Positions 1 to 8,061 are shown, counted from the stretch's first letter. The stretch is 55,060 nucleotides of DNA from an uncultured Ruminococcus sp. (GCA_902779285.1 CACZAZ010000005.1:1-55060), one strand, 5' to 3'. Program-made: numbers and translations. The notes: generated from the sequence alone by a model not told the origin.

Positions 1-55
1 GGCAGGGTTCCGCAGGGGCATCCAGTAATAGTGGATTATTTCTACCACGAAGAGA

Positions 56-112
56 TCAGAGGGTCGGATAATACTGGAAAACGAAATAAATAAGAAATAC
101 TACTTTTTTCAT
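56..112 (-). CDS. Possible 18-aa small ORF (MKKVVFLIYFVFQYYPTL) or the frameshifted 5' end of an exported protein
   Basis: GGAGGT RBS 8 nt before the ATG at 112; basic then hydrophobic N-terminus; TGA at 58-56; AT-rich context. Confidence 0.3.
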   Translation of the reverse strand: MKKVVFLIYFVFQYYPTL

Positions 113-243
113 TTTGGAATACCTCCGAATAATTTATTTGCCTTTCGGCAGGGGCAACGAAAGCACCGAGAAAAGCCATTATCTTTTCTTCTTTCGGTCT
201 TTATCCCCGAAGTCAGCGGATCAGAAAAAAATATTGCGTAAAT

Positions 244-275
244 AAAAAAAGCCGAACTTTTCGTTAAGTCCGACT
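244..275 (-). terminator. Intrinsic terminator
   Basis: Minus strand AGTCGGACTT-aacgaa-AAGTTCGGCT pairs fully with two G-U wobbles and is followed by a T run. Confidence 0.55.
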
Positions 276-521
276 CTCGGTACTCTATAAGTTTTCAGCG
301 ATATTTTTTCCCGTTGACTTCCGATTTTCTCCGTGCTACGATAAGCCACAACGGAAGGCAAATAAATCGGAGGGATTCCATTTTTATAGAAAAAGTATTC
401 TCCATCACAACAACGGGAAGAAGGTTTATAGTAAGAAAAAATCCGAGCAATCGCTTGCCCGGATTTTCATTTCCTTTCGTATTCATCGTGGTATTTTGAC
501 TCCAAAGAAGTCTTTTGCAAA

Positions 522-564
522 AAATAATACGAACTCCGACTTATCATCAGGGTTCGTATTATTT
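522..564 (-). terminator. Hairpin immediately 3' of the tRNA (terminator and/or att-site remnant)
   Basis: Perfect 13-bp stem AAATAATACGAAC / GTTCGTATTATTT, with a T run after it on the minus strand. Confidence 0.55.
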
Positions 565-569
565 GCATA

Positions 570-645
570 TGGTGGAGCATACGAGACTCGAACTCGTGAC
601 CCCAACACTGCCAGTGTTGTGCGCTCCCAGCTGCGCTAATGCCCC
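570..645 (-). tRNA. tRNA-Ala (GGC)
   Basis: Reverse complement GGGGCATTAGCGCAGCTGGGAGCGCACAACACTGGCAGTGTTGGGGTCACGAGTTCGAGTCTCGTATGCTCCACCA: 76-nt cloverleaf, anticodon loop CTGGCAG, TTCGA T-loop, G3-U70 pair, encoded CCA. Confidence 0.97.
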
Positions 646-656
646 GGGCGAGGAAT

Positions 657-685
657 AGTATAGCATATCGGGGACGGTTTTGCAA
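657..685 (-). promoter_or_regulatory. sigma-A promoter of tRNA-Ala
   Basis: TTGCAA-17 nt-TATACT with TG extension, just upstream of the tRNA 5' end. Confidence 0.7.
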
Positions 686-742
686 GGGGTTTCTCAAAAA
701 AACTTGCCGGGGAGAATACAGGGGCGAGCGAGGGGAAACAAG

Positions 743-940
743 GAAGAATGAAGAAATGAAGAAATGAAGAAATGACGGAATGAAGACGGGAGGCGCGGCG
801 GGAGAGGGGGAGCGAGACGGAGGCGGCGCGAGAGGAAGAAGAGAAGAAATGAAGAAATGACGAAATGAAGACGGGAGGCGCGACGGGAGAGGGGGAGCGA
901 GACGGAGGCGGCGCGAGAGGGAGAAAAGAAGAAATGAAGA
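743..940. repeat. Purine-rich tandem repeat with an 85-bp period and a nested AAGAAATG 8-mer microsatellite
   Basis: Near-identical TGAAGACGGGAGGCGCG...GAGAGG blocks start at 781 and 866; GAAGAAAT units repeat at about 750-772 and 843-858. Confidence 0.85.
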
Positions 941-953
941 TCGAGGGGCGAGG

Positions 954-1589
954 TCAGGCGAGGGGGGCGAGGTCCGCGACGGCGTGGGAGGGGGAGACGC
1001 AGACGCCGTGTTCCTTGATGTACGCGAGCGCGGCGCCGGCGCGGCGGCGGACGCCGAACTCCTCGGCAAACGAGAGGGGCGAGGGGCGGTCGCTTTGGAT
1101 CTTTTCCTGCAGGACGAGATACCAGAGACCGTCGTCCCCGCAGTAGGCGGCGGAGAGGTGCGGGTATCCTACGCGGGCGAGGTGGCGGCAGACCGAAAGC
1201 AGGGGCGAGAGCCGCTCGAAGACGAAGACCGCCGAGCGGAGCGGAGGCGGGGCGGCGGGCAGAGACGCGGGTTTGCGGGCGCTCGGCTTGTCGCCCGGCT
1301 TCTCGCCCGGTTTTTCTCCCGGCAGTTTGTCGGGGAGTTTGCCGAGCCGGGTGACGAACAGTTCGCAGCCGCCGTCCGACGCCGGGAACATCTGCATCAG
1401 AACGCGCTCGCCCGTCGCGTCGAAGCCGGTCTTTTGCCGGATCTCCCGAAGGATCGCGCGGAGCGTGCCGTGGGAGCCGCCGGAGCCGTCGGAGCCGCGC
1501 TCGCGTTCGCCCTCGGTCACGCAGCGGTCAAGGTCCTCCTGCGACAGCGTCACCTTGATCTTCACGTCGCTGATGCGTATGAAATCCAT
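954..1589 (-). CDS. mecA: Adaptor protein MecA (ClpC adaptor)
   Basis: N-terminal FIRISDVKIKVTLSQEDL, central QMFP..DGGCELFVT and C-terminal LSFAEEFG...LAYIKEHG are typical of MecA. Confidence 0.85.
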   Translation of the reverse strand: MDFIRISDVKIKVTLSQEDLDRCVTEGERERGSDGSGGSHGTLRAILREIRQKTGFDATGERVLMQMFPASDGGCELFVTRLGKLPDKLPGEKPGEKPGDKPSARKPASLPAAPPPLRSAVFVFERLSPLLSVCRHLARVGYPHLSAAYCGDDGLWYLVLQEKIQSDRPSPLSFAEEFGVRRRAGAALAYIKEHGVCVSPSHAVADLAPLA

Positions 1590-1759
1590 ATCCCCGCCCT
1601 CCTCTTTCTTCTGTTATCATTATACTCGCGGCGGGGCGAAAAGGGAACAGGAAATAACGGGGAGGCGAGCCGGCATCTGCCGTTTGCGGGGCTTGCGCTT
1701 TTTCTTGAAACGTGGTACAATAAATAAAACGGGCGACGCCCGATTGAAGGAGGATCGGT

Positions 1760-2452
1760 ATGACCGGACGAATCGGCATTATCGGCGCGATGGAGAGCGA
1801 GGTGGCGACCCTGATCCCCGCGCTGGAGGATCATTCAGAGCAGACGATCGGGATCGTGGTCTATCACACGGGGAAACTCGACGGGCGCGAGGTCGTTGTC
1901 GCGCGGAGCGGCGTCGGCAAGGTGAACGCGGCTCTGACCGCCGCCGAGATGATCCGCACCTTCGGGGCGGCGGCGATCGTCAATACCGGCGTGGCGGGGG
2001 CGCTCGAGGAGACGCTCGACCCGGAGGACGCCGTGATTGCGACCGATCTCGTCCAGCACGACTACGATACGACCCCCTTCGACCCGCCCGGATTCGTGTC
2101 GGGCGTCGGACGGGTGAAGATCCCCGCGGACCCCGCGATATCCGCCGCCGCCGCGGACGCCGCAAGGGAACTCGGGATGCGGGTCCTTTCGGGGACCGTC
2201 GCTTCGGGAGATCAGTTCATCTCGGACGGGAAAAAGAAGGCGTGGATCAGAGAGAACTTCGGCGCTCTTGCCTGCGAGATGGAGGGGGCGGCGATCGCGC
2301 ACGTCTGTTTCCTCTACGGGGTGCGGTGCGGCGTGATCCGGACCATCTCCGACCGCGCCGACGGCAAAGCCGACGTGGATTTTCCGACGTTTGCGGAGCA
2401 CGCGGCGGCGCTGAACGCGAAGATCGTGAGACGGGTACTCCCCGTTATCTGA
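1760..2452 (+). CDS. mtnN: 5'-methylthioadenosine/S-adenosylhomocysteine nucleosidase
   Basis: IGIIGAMESE, SGVGKVNAA, NTGVAGAL, SGDQF, CEMEGAAIAHVC and ISDRAD motifs; GGAGG RBS. Confidence 0.95.
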   Translation: MTGRIGIIGAMESEVATLIPALEDHSEQTIGIVVYHTGKLDGREVVVARSGVGKVNAALTAAEMIRTFGAAAIVNTGVAGALEETLDPEDAVIATDLVQHDYDTTPFDPPGFVSGVGRVKIPADPAISAAAADAARELGMRVLSGTVASGDQFISDGKKKAWIRENFGALACEMEGAAIAHVCFLYGVRCGVIRTISDRADGKADVDFPTFAEHAAALNAKIVRRVLPVI

Positions 2453-2461
2453 ATCCCACCC

Positions 2462-2497
2462 AAACAACCGGGATGGCGCAAGCCATCCCGGTTGTTT
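2462..2497. terminator. Bidirectional intrinsic terminator between mtnN and the AraC gene
   Basis: AAACAACCGGGATGGC-gcaa-GCCATCCCGGTTGTTT perfect stem between convergent genes. Confidence 0.85.
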
Positions 2498-4533
2498 TAT
2501 TTTTGGAGGAAGTCGTCGTCGGAGAAGACAGGGGGTCCTCCGGCGCGGCGCACCGTCTCGAAGTAGGCGCGGGGGGTCATCCCCATCCACTTGCGGAAGA
2601 CCCGCTCGAAATGGTAGTAGGAGGGAAATCCGACCGACGCCGCGAGAGCGGAAAGCGACGGGAACCGCGCGGGATCGAGCTGCTTGCTCTTCCGGATCCG
2701 GAAGTTCTGGAGATAGACGGCGAAGGGAAGCCCGAACTCCTGCCGGAAGCGGCGGCAGAAGTAGCTTTTGCTGAAAAAGAAGAAACGCGCCGCCGTTTCG
2801 GTCGAGAGATCGCCGCGGTAGTTGTCCTCGATATAGCGGATCATCTCGGTACGGAACTTTGCGTTCTTCTGCTCCTTCTGGTCGACCGAGAGCGACATCA
2901 GCCCGTGCTCCGCCATCTCCGAAACGAAGCGCCAGACCCCCGCGCGGAGCCGCAGTTTCTCGCTGACGGCGGCAGGCACGAAGGAGAGGGGGCGGTCGGT
3001 AGTTTTCCCTTTGTTTTCGAACAGATAGTCGATCGCAGCCGTCACGCCCGGAAACCCGGGATCGGAGGGCGGGATCACGTTCGCAAAGCGGACGTGCCCG
3101 GGATTGTCCGAGAAGAGCAGATCGAAGGGCGAGTCCTCCTGCCTGACGAACTCGGGCAGCGAGAACGAGAAGAAGTCAACGGAGGTCCGCTTCGCGTCGG
3201 AGGGCGAAACGAACGCCTGGAAAAAGTCGTAGGGGTTGACGACGAAGACCGAGCCGGGTACGCCGACGTAGCGGTCCTTGCGGATCCGGACGTTCAGAAC
3301 GCCCTCGGTGACCCGGATGATCTCGACGCGCTTTTCGTCGTGGGGGGAGAGAAGCGCCGGATGGTCCCGCCGGACGGTCGGGTCGATCTGCTCGCGCATC
3401 GAGGCGAATACGAAGCAATCGGTGACAGAGGTCGAGAGGGCGGCTCCGGTCGCGACGGCTCCGAAGATCCCGCCGAGGAAGCAGACGTTCGAGTAGATCG
3501 AGCCGCAGATCTCGCCCCCGACGACCGAGCGCGAGACGCTGCCGTTGACCGAGAAGCCGATAAGCCCCCCCGCGTTGCGGTCGCCCGCCGTTCCTTTTAA
3601 ACAGAGCCGGTTGTCGGCAAGGCAGTTCTCGACCGCGCCCCCAAGACACAGCACCCCCGCGATCGCGGCGACGCGTCCGGAGCCGGAGAAGCACGAATCG
3701 GTGATCGCCAGATTCTTTACGGTCCCGTGGAGAGAGCCGAACAGCGACACCCCGTTGTTGTAGACGTAGTCGTCCGAGGGATAGCGCTTCTTTTCCTCGT
3801 CTTCCGAGACGTAGAGTCCGCGGATGAAATGTCCCGCGCCGTCAAAGGTCCCCGCGAAAAAGGCGGAGCGACCCCAGGCGGCGTTGCGGTTGCAGATAAT
3901 GGGGAAGGAGACCCCCTCGGCGGGATCGCGCGCGGGATCGTTCCAGACGATATCGCGGGTCAGTTTGAAATACTTTCCGCGGCTCCAATCGGCAAAGCTG
4001 TCCCCGATCTCCTCCGCAAGCGTCGGGTCGACCCCGGTATAGACGCGGTGATTGGAGAGATAGGAGAGCAGGAGCAGGTCCTCCGCCGACGAGACGCGGT
4101 AGGGATCCTCCGCCGTTCCGCGCCCGCCCGCAAACCGGGGAGAGTGGACGGGATCACCCCCGATCGGGGGCGCGGGGTCGGGGGCGCGGTCGAACGCCGC
4201 CTGCAGGATCGGGATCGCCCGTCCGGGACGGTACACGAACCCCTGCGGCAGACGGCAGCCCGGCTCGGGTCCGCTCGCGTCGATCCAGCCGCAGCTCTCG
4301 ACGGGACCGGAGATCGCCGCCGGATCGTCGTAGCTCACGAAGCGGTAACAGCAGAAGTGGCGGGAACAGCCGGTCTTCGCGTAGACCCGCGTCAGACTCA
4401 ACTGGTGCGCGTGCATATAGGAGACGACAGCCGCCTGCCTCGTCGATTCCTCCGGACGGAACCAGACGGGGAAGCGCCGCTTGCCGAAATCGAAGGTAAA
4501 GGTCTCGGGCGGGCGCGCGTCGGATGCTTTCAT
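2497..4533 (-). CDS. AraC-family transcriptional regulator with an internal GLUG-type beta-helix and a cupin-like sensor domain
   Basis: ATG at 4533 after an AAGGAG RBS; GLUG-type motifs FAGGRGTAEDPY, FAGTFDGAGHFIRGL, SLFG, GGLIG; cupin-like EIIRVTEG...VNPY; C-terminal AraC HTH YIEDNY...SKSYFCRRFRQEFG...VGFPSYYHFERVFRKWMGMTP. Confidence 0.85.
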   Translation of the reverse strand: MKASDARPPETFTFDFGKRRFPVWFRPEESTRQAAVVSYMHAHQLSLTRVYAKTGCSRHFCCYRFVSYDDPAAISGPVESCGWIDASGPEPGCRLPQGFVYRPGRAIPILQAAFDRAPDPAPPIGGDPVHSPRFAGGRGTAEDPYRVSSAEDLLLLSYLSNHRVYTGVDPTLAEEIGDSFADWSRGKYFKLTRDIVWNDPARDPAEGVSFPIICNRNAAWGRSAFFAGTFDGAGHFIRGLYVSEDEEKKRYPSDDYVYNNGVSLFGSLHGTVKNLAITDSCFSGSGRVAAIAGVLCLGGAVENCLADNRLCLKGTAGDRNAGGLIGFSVNGSVSRSVVGGEICGSIYSNVCFLGGIFGAVATGAALSTSVTDCFVFASMREQIDPTVRRDHPALLSPHDEKRVEIIRVTEGVLNVRIRKDRYVGVPGSVFVVNPYDFFQAFVSPSDAKRTSVDFFSFSLPEFVRQEDSPFDLLFSDNPGHVRFANVIPPSDPGFPGVTAAIDYLFENKGKTTDRPLSFVPAAVSEKLRLRAGVWRFVSEMAEHGLMSLSVDQKEQKNAKFRTEMIRYIEDNYRGDLSTETAARFFFFSKSYFCRRFRQEFGLPFAVYLQNFRIRKSKQLDPARFPSLSALAASVGFPSYYHFERVFRKWMGMTPRAYFETVRRAGGPPVFSDDDFLQK

Positions 4534-4563
4534 CTCTTTTCTCCTTTTTCGTATTCCGGCTCT

Positions 4564-4592
4564 ATTGTAGCAGAAACGCGCCAAAATGTCAA
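4564..4592 (-). promoter_or_regulatory. sigma-A promoter of the AraC gene
   Basis: Minus strand TTGACA-17 nt-TACAAT. Confidence 0.7.
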
Positions 4593-4647
4593 GCGACGGC
4601 AAGAATACCGTATCAGGCGGGGCATATCGGCTTTAACAAGTTAATCC

Positions 4648-4886
4648 AAAGCAAAACGAAAACAGGAAGAACGGACGGCGCGAGCCACACGGAGAGCGCC
4701 GGTTTTTCCCTGTCGTTCGGGGAAAAATCGCTTGACAGAAAAAGCGGGGATTGATATAATAGAATCAATACGGAACGACCGTTCCGACGGACGACAAAAG
4801 GAGCGTAACGGTATGGGAAACGTCAAGATCGATTTTGCAAAGACGCAGGGCAAGATCAAGGATATGAACAGCGTCAACAACGGTCC
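4648..4886 (+). repeat. Copy 1 of a ~240-bp near-identical block (promoter, 5'UTR and first ~24 codons of GH39)
   Basis: Aligns with 6232-6469 with about 10 differences by manual count. Confidence 0.9.
4732..4760 (+). promoter_or_regulatory. Consensus sigma-A promoter of GH39 copy 1
   Basis: TTGACA (4732-4737)-17 nt-TATAAT (4755-4760). Confidence 0.85.
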
Positions 4887-6153
4887 TCTCGGGGATCACG
4901 ACCTTAAAAACAACGAGTATTACGCCGCGGCGCGGATCCCCTACGCGCGTCTGCACGACTCGACCTTCGAGTGGCGGCACACGGTCGACGTGCACGAGAT
5001 CTTTCCGAACTTCGACGCCGACGAGAACGATCCGGCTTCCTACGATTTCACCCTGACCGACGTTTATCTTGACTCGATCGAAAAAGTCGGGACAAAGATC
5101 TTTTACCGGCTGGGGACCACGATCGAGCACGAGATCAAACGCTACGGCTCCATCCCGCCGAAGGACTTTCGCAAGTGGGCGCGGATCTGCGAGCATATCA
5201 TCCGGCACGAGAACGAGGGGTGGGCGGACGGATTCCACCGCGGGATCGAGTACTGGGAGATCTGGAACGAGCCCGACCTGCTCGGTCACATGTGCTGGAC
5301 CGGGACCATCTCCGAGTATATCGAACTGTTCGATATCGCGATCCGGCATTTGAAAAAATGTTTCCCGGATATCAAGGTCGGGGGCCCCGCGCTGACGCAC
5401 ATCAAACGCGTCGAGTGGTGGGCGGAGTTCATCCCGTATCTGAAAGAGAAGAAACCGCCGATGGACTTTTTCTCGTTCCACCGCTACGCCAGCACGACCG
5501 AGCAGTTCACGCGGGACATCGAGATCGCGAAGAACTATATGGTCGAGGCGGGCTACGGCGACGTCGAACTGATTTTGAACGAGTGGAACTACCTGCTCGG
5601 CTGGGAGCCGCGGGAGACCCTGCTCCATTCGTATCGGACCATCCACGCGCTGAAGGGCGCGGCGTTCAATATCGCCGTGATGATCACCTGCCAGGACTCG
5701 CCGCTCGACCACCTGATGTACTACGACGCGCGGCACACCTGCGCCGAGTTCAACGGTCTGTTCGACAGGATCTCCTACGAGCCCTTGAAGCCCTACTACG
5801 CGTTCTACGCCTTCTCCGATCTCGCGGAACTCGGCACGGAGGTCAAGGCGACAGCGGAAGGAGAGGGGATCTACGCGCTCGCGGCGAAGAGCGAAGACGG
5901 TAAACGCGGCGCGCTGCTCCTGACCAACTACCGCAACGAAATGACCCTTGACGGAAAGGAGTTCCCGCCCGAGACCGTGAAGATCGCTTGGAAGGGGCTT
6001 CCCGACAAGCCGACGCGCCTGACCGTTCGGACGCTGGATAACGATCACGATCTTGAAAAGACCGTCGGGTTGACCGTACCCTCCTGTGCGGGCGAGATCA
6101 CGCTGACCCTGCCGCTGTTCGCCTCCGTCGTTATCAATTTCGACGTCGAGTAA
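4813..6153 (+). CDS. Glycoside hydrolase, GH39-like (clan GH-A), cytoplasmic, copy 1
   Basis: AAGGAG RBS before ATG 4813; ARLHD, YWEIWNEPD (acid/base Glu), FFSFHRY, ILNEWN (nucleophile Glu); no signal peptide. Confidence 0.85.
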   Translation: MGNVKIDFAKTQGKIKDMNSVNNGPLGDHDLKNNEYYAAARIPYARLHDSTFEWRHTVDVHEIFPNFDADENDPASYDFTLTDVYLDSIEKVGTKIFYRLGTTIEHEIKRYGSIPPKDFRKWARICEHIIRHENEGWADGFHRGIEYWEIWNEPDLLGHMCWTGTISEYIELFDIAIRHLKKCFPDIKVGGPALTHIKRVEWWAEFIPYLKEKKPPMDFFSFHRYASTTEQFTRDIEIAKNYMVEAGYGDVELILNEWNYLLGWEPRETLLHSYRTIHALKGAAFNIAVMITCQDSPLDHLMYYDARHTCAEFNGLFDRISYEPLKPYYAFYAFSDLAELGTEVKATAEGEGIYALAAKSEDGKRGALLLTNYRNEMTLDGKEFPPETVKIAWKGLPDKPTRLTVRTLDNDHDLEKTVGLTVPSCAGEITLTLPLFASVVINFDVE

Positions 6154-6172
6154 ACGAACGATAACTCCAACG

Positions 6173-6210
6173 AATAAACCCGCCCGCCGATCTCGGCGGG
6201 CGGGTTTATT
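6173..6210 (+). terminator. Intrinsic terminator after GH39 copy 1
   Basis: AATAAACCCGCCCGCCGA-tc-TCGGCGGGCGGGTTTATT followed by TT. Confidence 0.85.
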
Positions 6211-6231
6211 TTGAGAAAAAAGATTTTGAAA

Positions 6232-6469
6232 AAAGCAAAACGAAAACAGGAAGAACGGACGGCGCGAGCCACTCGGAGAGCGCCCGTTTTTCCCTGTCGT
6301 TCGGGGAAAATCGCTTGACAGAAAAAGCGGGGATTGGTATAATAGAATCAATACGGAACAGAGATTCCGACGGACGACAAAAGGAGCGTAACGGTATGGG
6401 CAACGTCAAGATCGATTTTGCAAAGACGCAGGGCAAGATCAAGGATATGAACAGCGTCAACAACGGTCC
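6232..6469 (+). repeat. Copy 2 of the ~240-bp promoter/5' block, with TTGACA (6315)-17 nt-TATAAT (6338)
   Basis: Near-identical to 4648-4886. Confidence 0.9.
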
Positions 6470-7733
6470 CGACGGGGAGTTCGATTACGGGAGTTACGAC
6501 GCCTACAAGGCGGCGCGCATCCCCTTCGCGCGGCTGCACGACTCGGCGCTCAACTGGCGCCATACCGTCGATATCATCCACGTTTTCCCGAACTTTGACG
6601 CCGACGAGAACGACCCGGCGTCCTACGACTTTACCCTGACCGACGAATACCTCGATACGATCGAGCGCACGGGGACCAAACTCTTTTACCGGCTGGGCAA
6701 CGCGATCGAAGCCGAGTCGAAAAAGTACGGCGCCGTCCCGCCGAAAGATTTTCATAAGTGGGCGCGGATCTGCGAGCATATCGTCCGGCACGAGAACGAG
6801 GGCTGGGCGAACGGTTTTCATCGCGGGATCGAATACTGGGAGATCTGGAACGAGCCCGACCTGAAGGGGCATCAATGCTGGACGGGGACGATCGGCGAGT
6901 ATATCGAACTGTTCGATATCGCGATCCGGCACCTGAAGGGCTGCTTCCCGGATCTGAAGATCGGGGGACCCGCCCTGACCCATATCAAGTGCGCCGAATG
7001 GTGGGACGAGTTTATTCCTTACCTCAAAGAAAAGAAGCCCCCGATGGACTTCTTCTCCTTCCATAAATACGGCAGCGAGCCCGGGAAGTACGCCGAGGAT
7101 ATCGAGATCGCGAAAAAGTATATGGTCGAGGCGGGCTATCCCGACTGCGAACTGATCCTGAACGAGTGGAACTACCTGTGGGGCTGGCAGCCGAAAGAAA
7201 GGGTGCATCACTCCTATCAGGCGCTCCACACGCTGAAGGGCGCGGCATTCGTTGCGGCGGTTATGACCGTCTGCCAGAACACGGCGCTCGATCATCTGAT
7301 GTACTACGACGCGCGGCACAGCTCCTATTTCAACGGGCTGTTCGAGCGCTACACCTGGAAGAACCTCAAACCCTACTACGCCTTCTACGCCTTCGCAGAC
7401 CTCGCCGATCTCGGAACCGAGGTGAAGACCGTCGCCGCGGGAGAGGGGCTGTACGCTCTGGCGGCGAAGAGCGCGGACGGCAAACACGGCGCCCTGATGC
7501 TGACCAACTACAAGAACGAAGTCTCCCTCGACGGCAAGGAGTTTCCGCCCGAAGAGGTGAAGATCGAATGGAACGGGCTCTCCGAAAAGCCGGTGCGCGT
7601 GACGGTGCGGATGCTCGATAACGAACACGACCTCACCGAGATCTCGGGCGAGACCTTCGGGAGCGGCGCCGGGTTCCATACGCTTTCGCTGCCGCTGTTT
7701 GCCACCGCCGTCGTCAATTATGACGAGTTGTGA
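6396..7733 (+). CDS. Glycoside hydrolase, GH39-like, cytoplasmic, copy 2 (tandem paralog)
   Basis: Same motifs as copy 1 (WEIWNEPD, LNEWN) and collinear with it. Confidence 0.85.
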   Translation: MGNVKIDFAKTQGKIKDMNSVNNGPDGEFDYGSYDAYKAARIPFARLHDSALNWRHTVDIIHVFPNFDADENDPASYDFTLTDEYLDTIERTGTKLFYRLGNAIEAESKKYGAVPPKDFHKWARICEHIVRHENEGWANGFHRGIEYWEIWNEPDLKGHQCWTGTIGEYIELFDIAIRHLKGCFPDLKIGGPALTHIKCAEWWDEFIPYLKEKKPPMDFFSFHKYGSEPGKYAEDIEIAKKYMVEAGYPDCELILNEWNYLWGWQPKERVHHSYQALHTLKGAAFVAAVMTVCQNTALDHLMYYDARHSSYFNGLFERYTWKNLKPYYAFYAFADLADLGTEVKTVAAGEGLYALAAKSADGKHGALMLTNYKNEVSLDGKEFPPEEVKIEWNGLSEKPVRVTVRMLDNEHDLTEISGETFGSGAGFHTLSLPLFATAVVNYDEL

Positions 7734-7844
7734 TTTTCGCTGACGCGAAACGTTATGACGCTCCTTTGGAGCGGTTATGAGATTGCCGGGGGCGCGCCCC
7801 CGGCAATCGGTTATGAGCAGGCCGCGCCGTTCGGCGCGGTCTGC
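7727..7844. repeat. Linker-hairpin array A: GTT(A/G)TGA x4, each followed by a different hairpin
   Basis: Linkers at 7727, 7752, 7774, 7810; hairpins at 7735-7750, 7759-7773, 7781-7808 (perfect 28-bp palindrome) and 7817-7844. Confidence 0.8.
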
Positions 7845-7870
7845 GTTTTGGTTTACCGAAAGGGAAGCAC

Positions 7871-7976
7871 GGGACGTCGAGGACGCCGTCCCCTACAACG
7901 GGAGAGGCTGGCGCAACAGACAGAGATTGATTTTTTATTTCGCGCCAGCGGTAGGGGACGGCGTCTACGACGTCCC
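7871..7976. repeat. Inverted pair of GTAG-type REP-like sequences (REPIN-like)
   Basis: GTAGGGGACGGCGTCCTCGACGTCCC on minus (7896-7871) and GTAGGGGACGGCGTCTACGACGTCCC on plus (7951-7976). Confidence 0.75.
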
Positions 7977-8061
7977 GCAATATGAGAATAGAACCTACAT
8001 AGTATCGTCTATAGAACCGCGCCCCGAGAATCCGCAGATTTTCGGGGCGCTTAATCTTTTC

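Noticed and set aside
295-499. Overlapping 63-aa and 61-aa ORFs in the AT-rich left end
   Set aside because: No convincing RBS or recognisable motif; cannot be supported from sequence alone
1273-3600. Long alternative-frame ORFs here and elsewhere (e.g. 20139-22475, 22246-24825, 32614-34383, 50781-53177)
   Set aside because: Shadow ORFs expected in high-GC DNA opposite or overlapping well-supported genes; no motifs or RBS
4732-4812. TTG-started N-terminal extensions of both GH39 ORFs (also 6315-6395)
   Set aside because: The TTG is the -35 hexamer TTGACA; the real starts follow AAGGAG at 4813 and 6396
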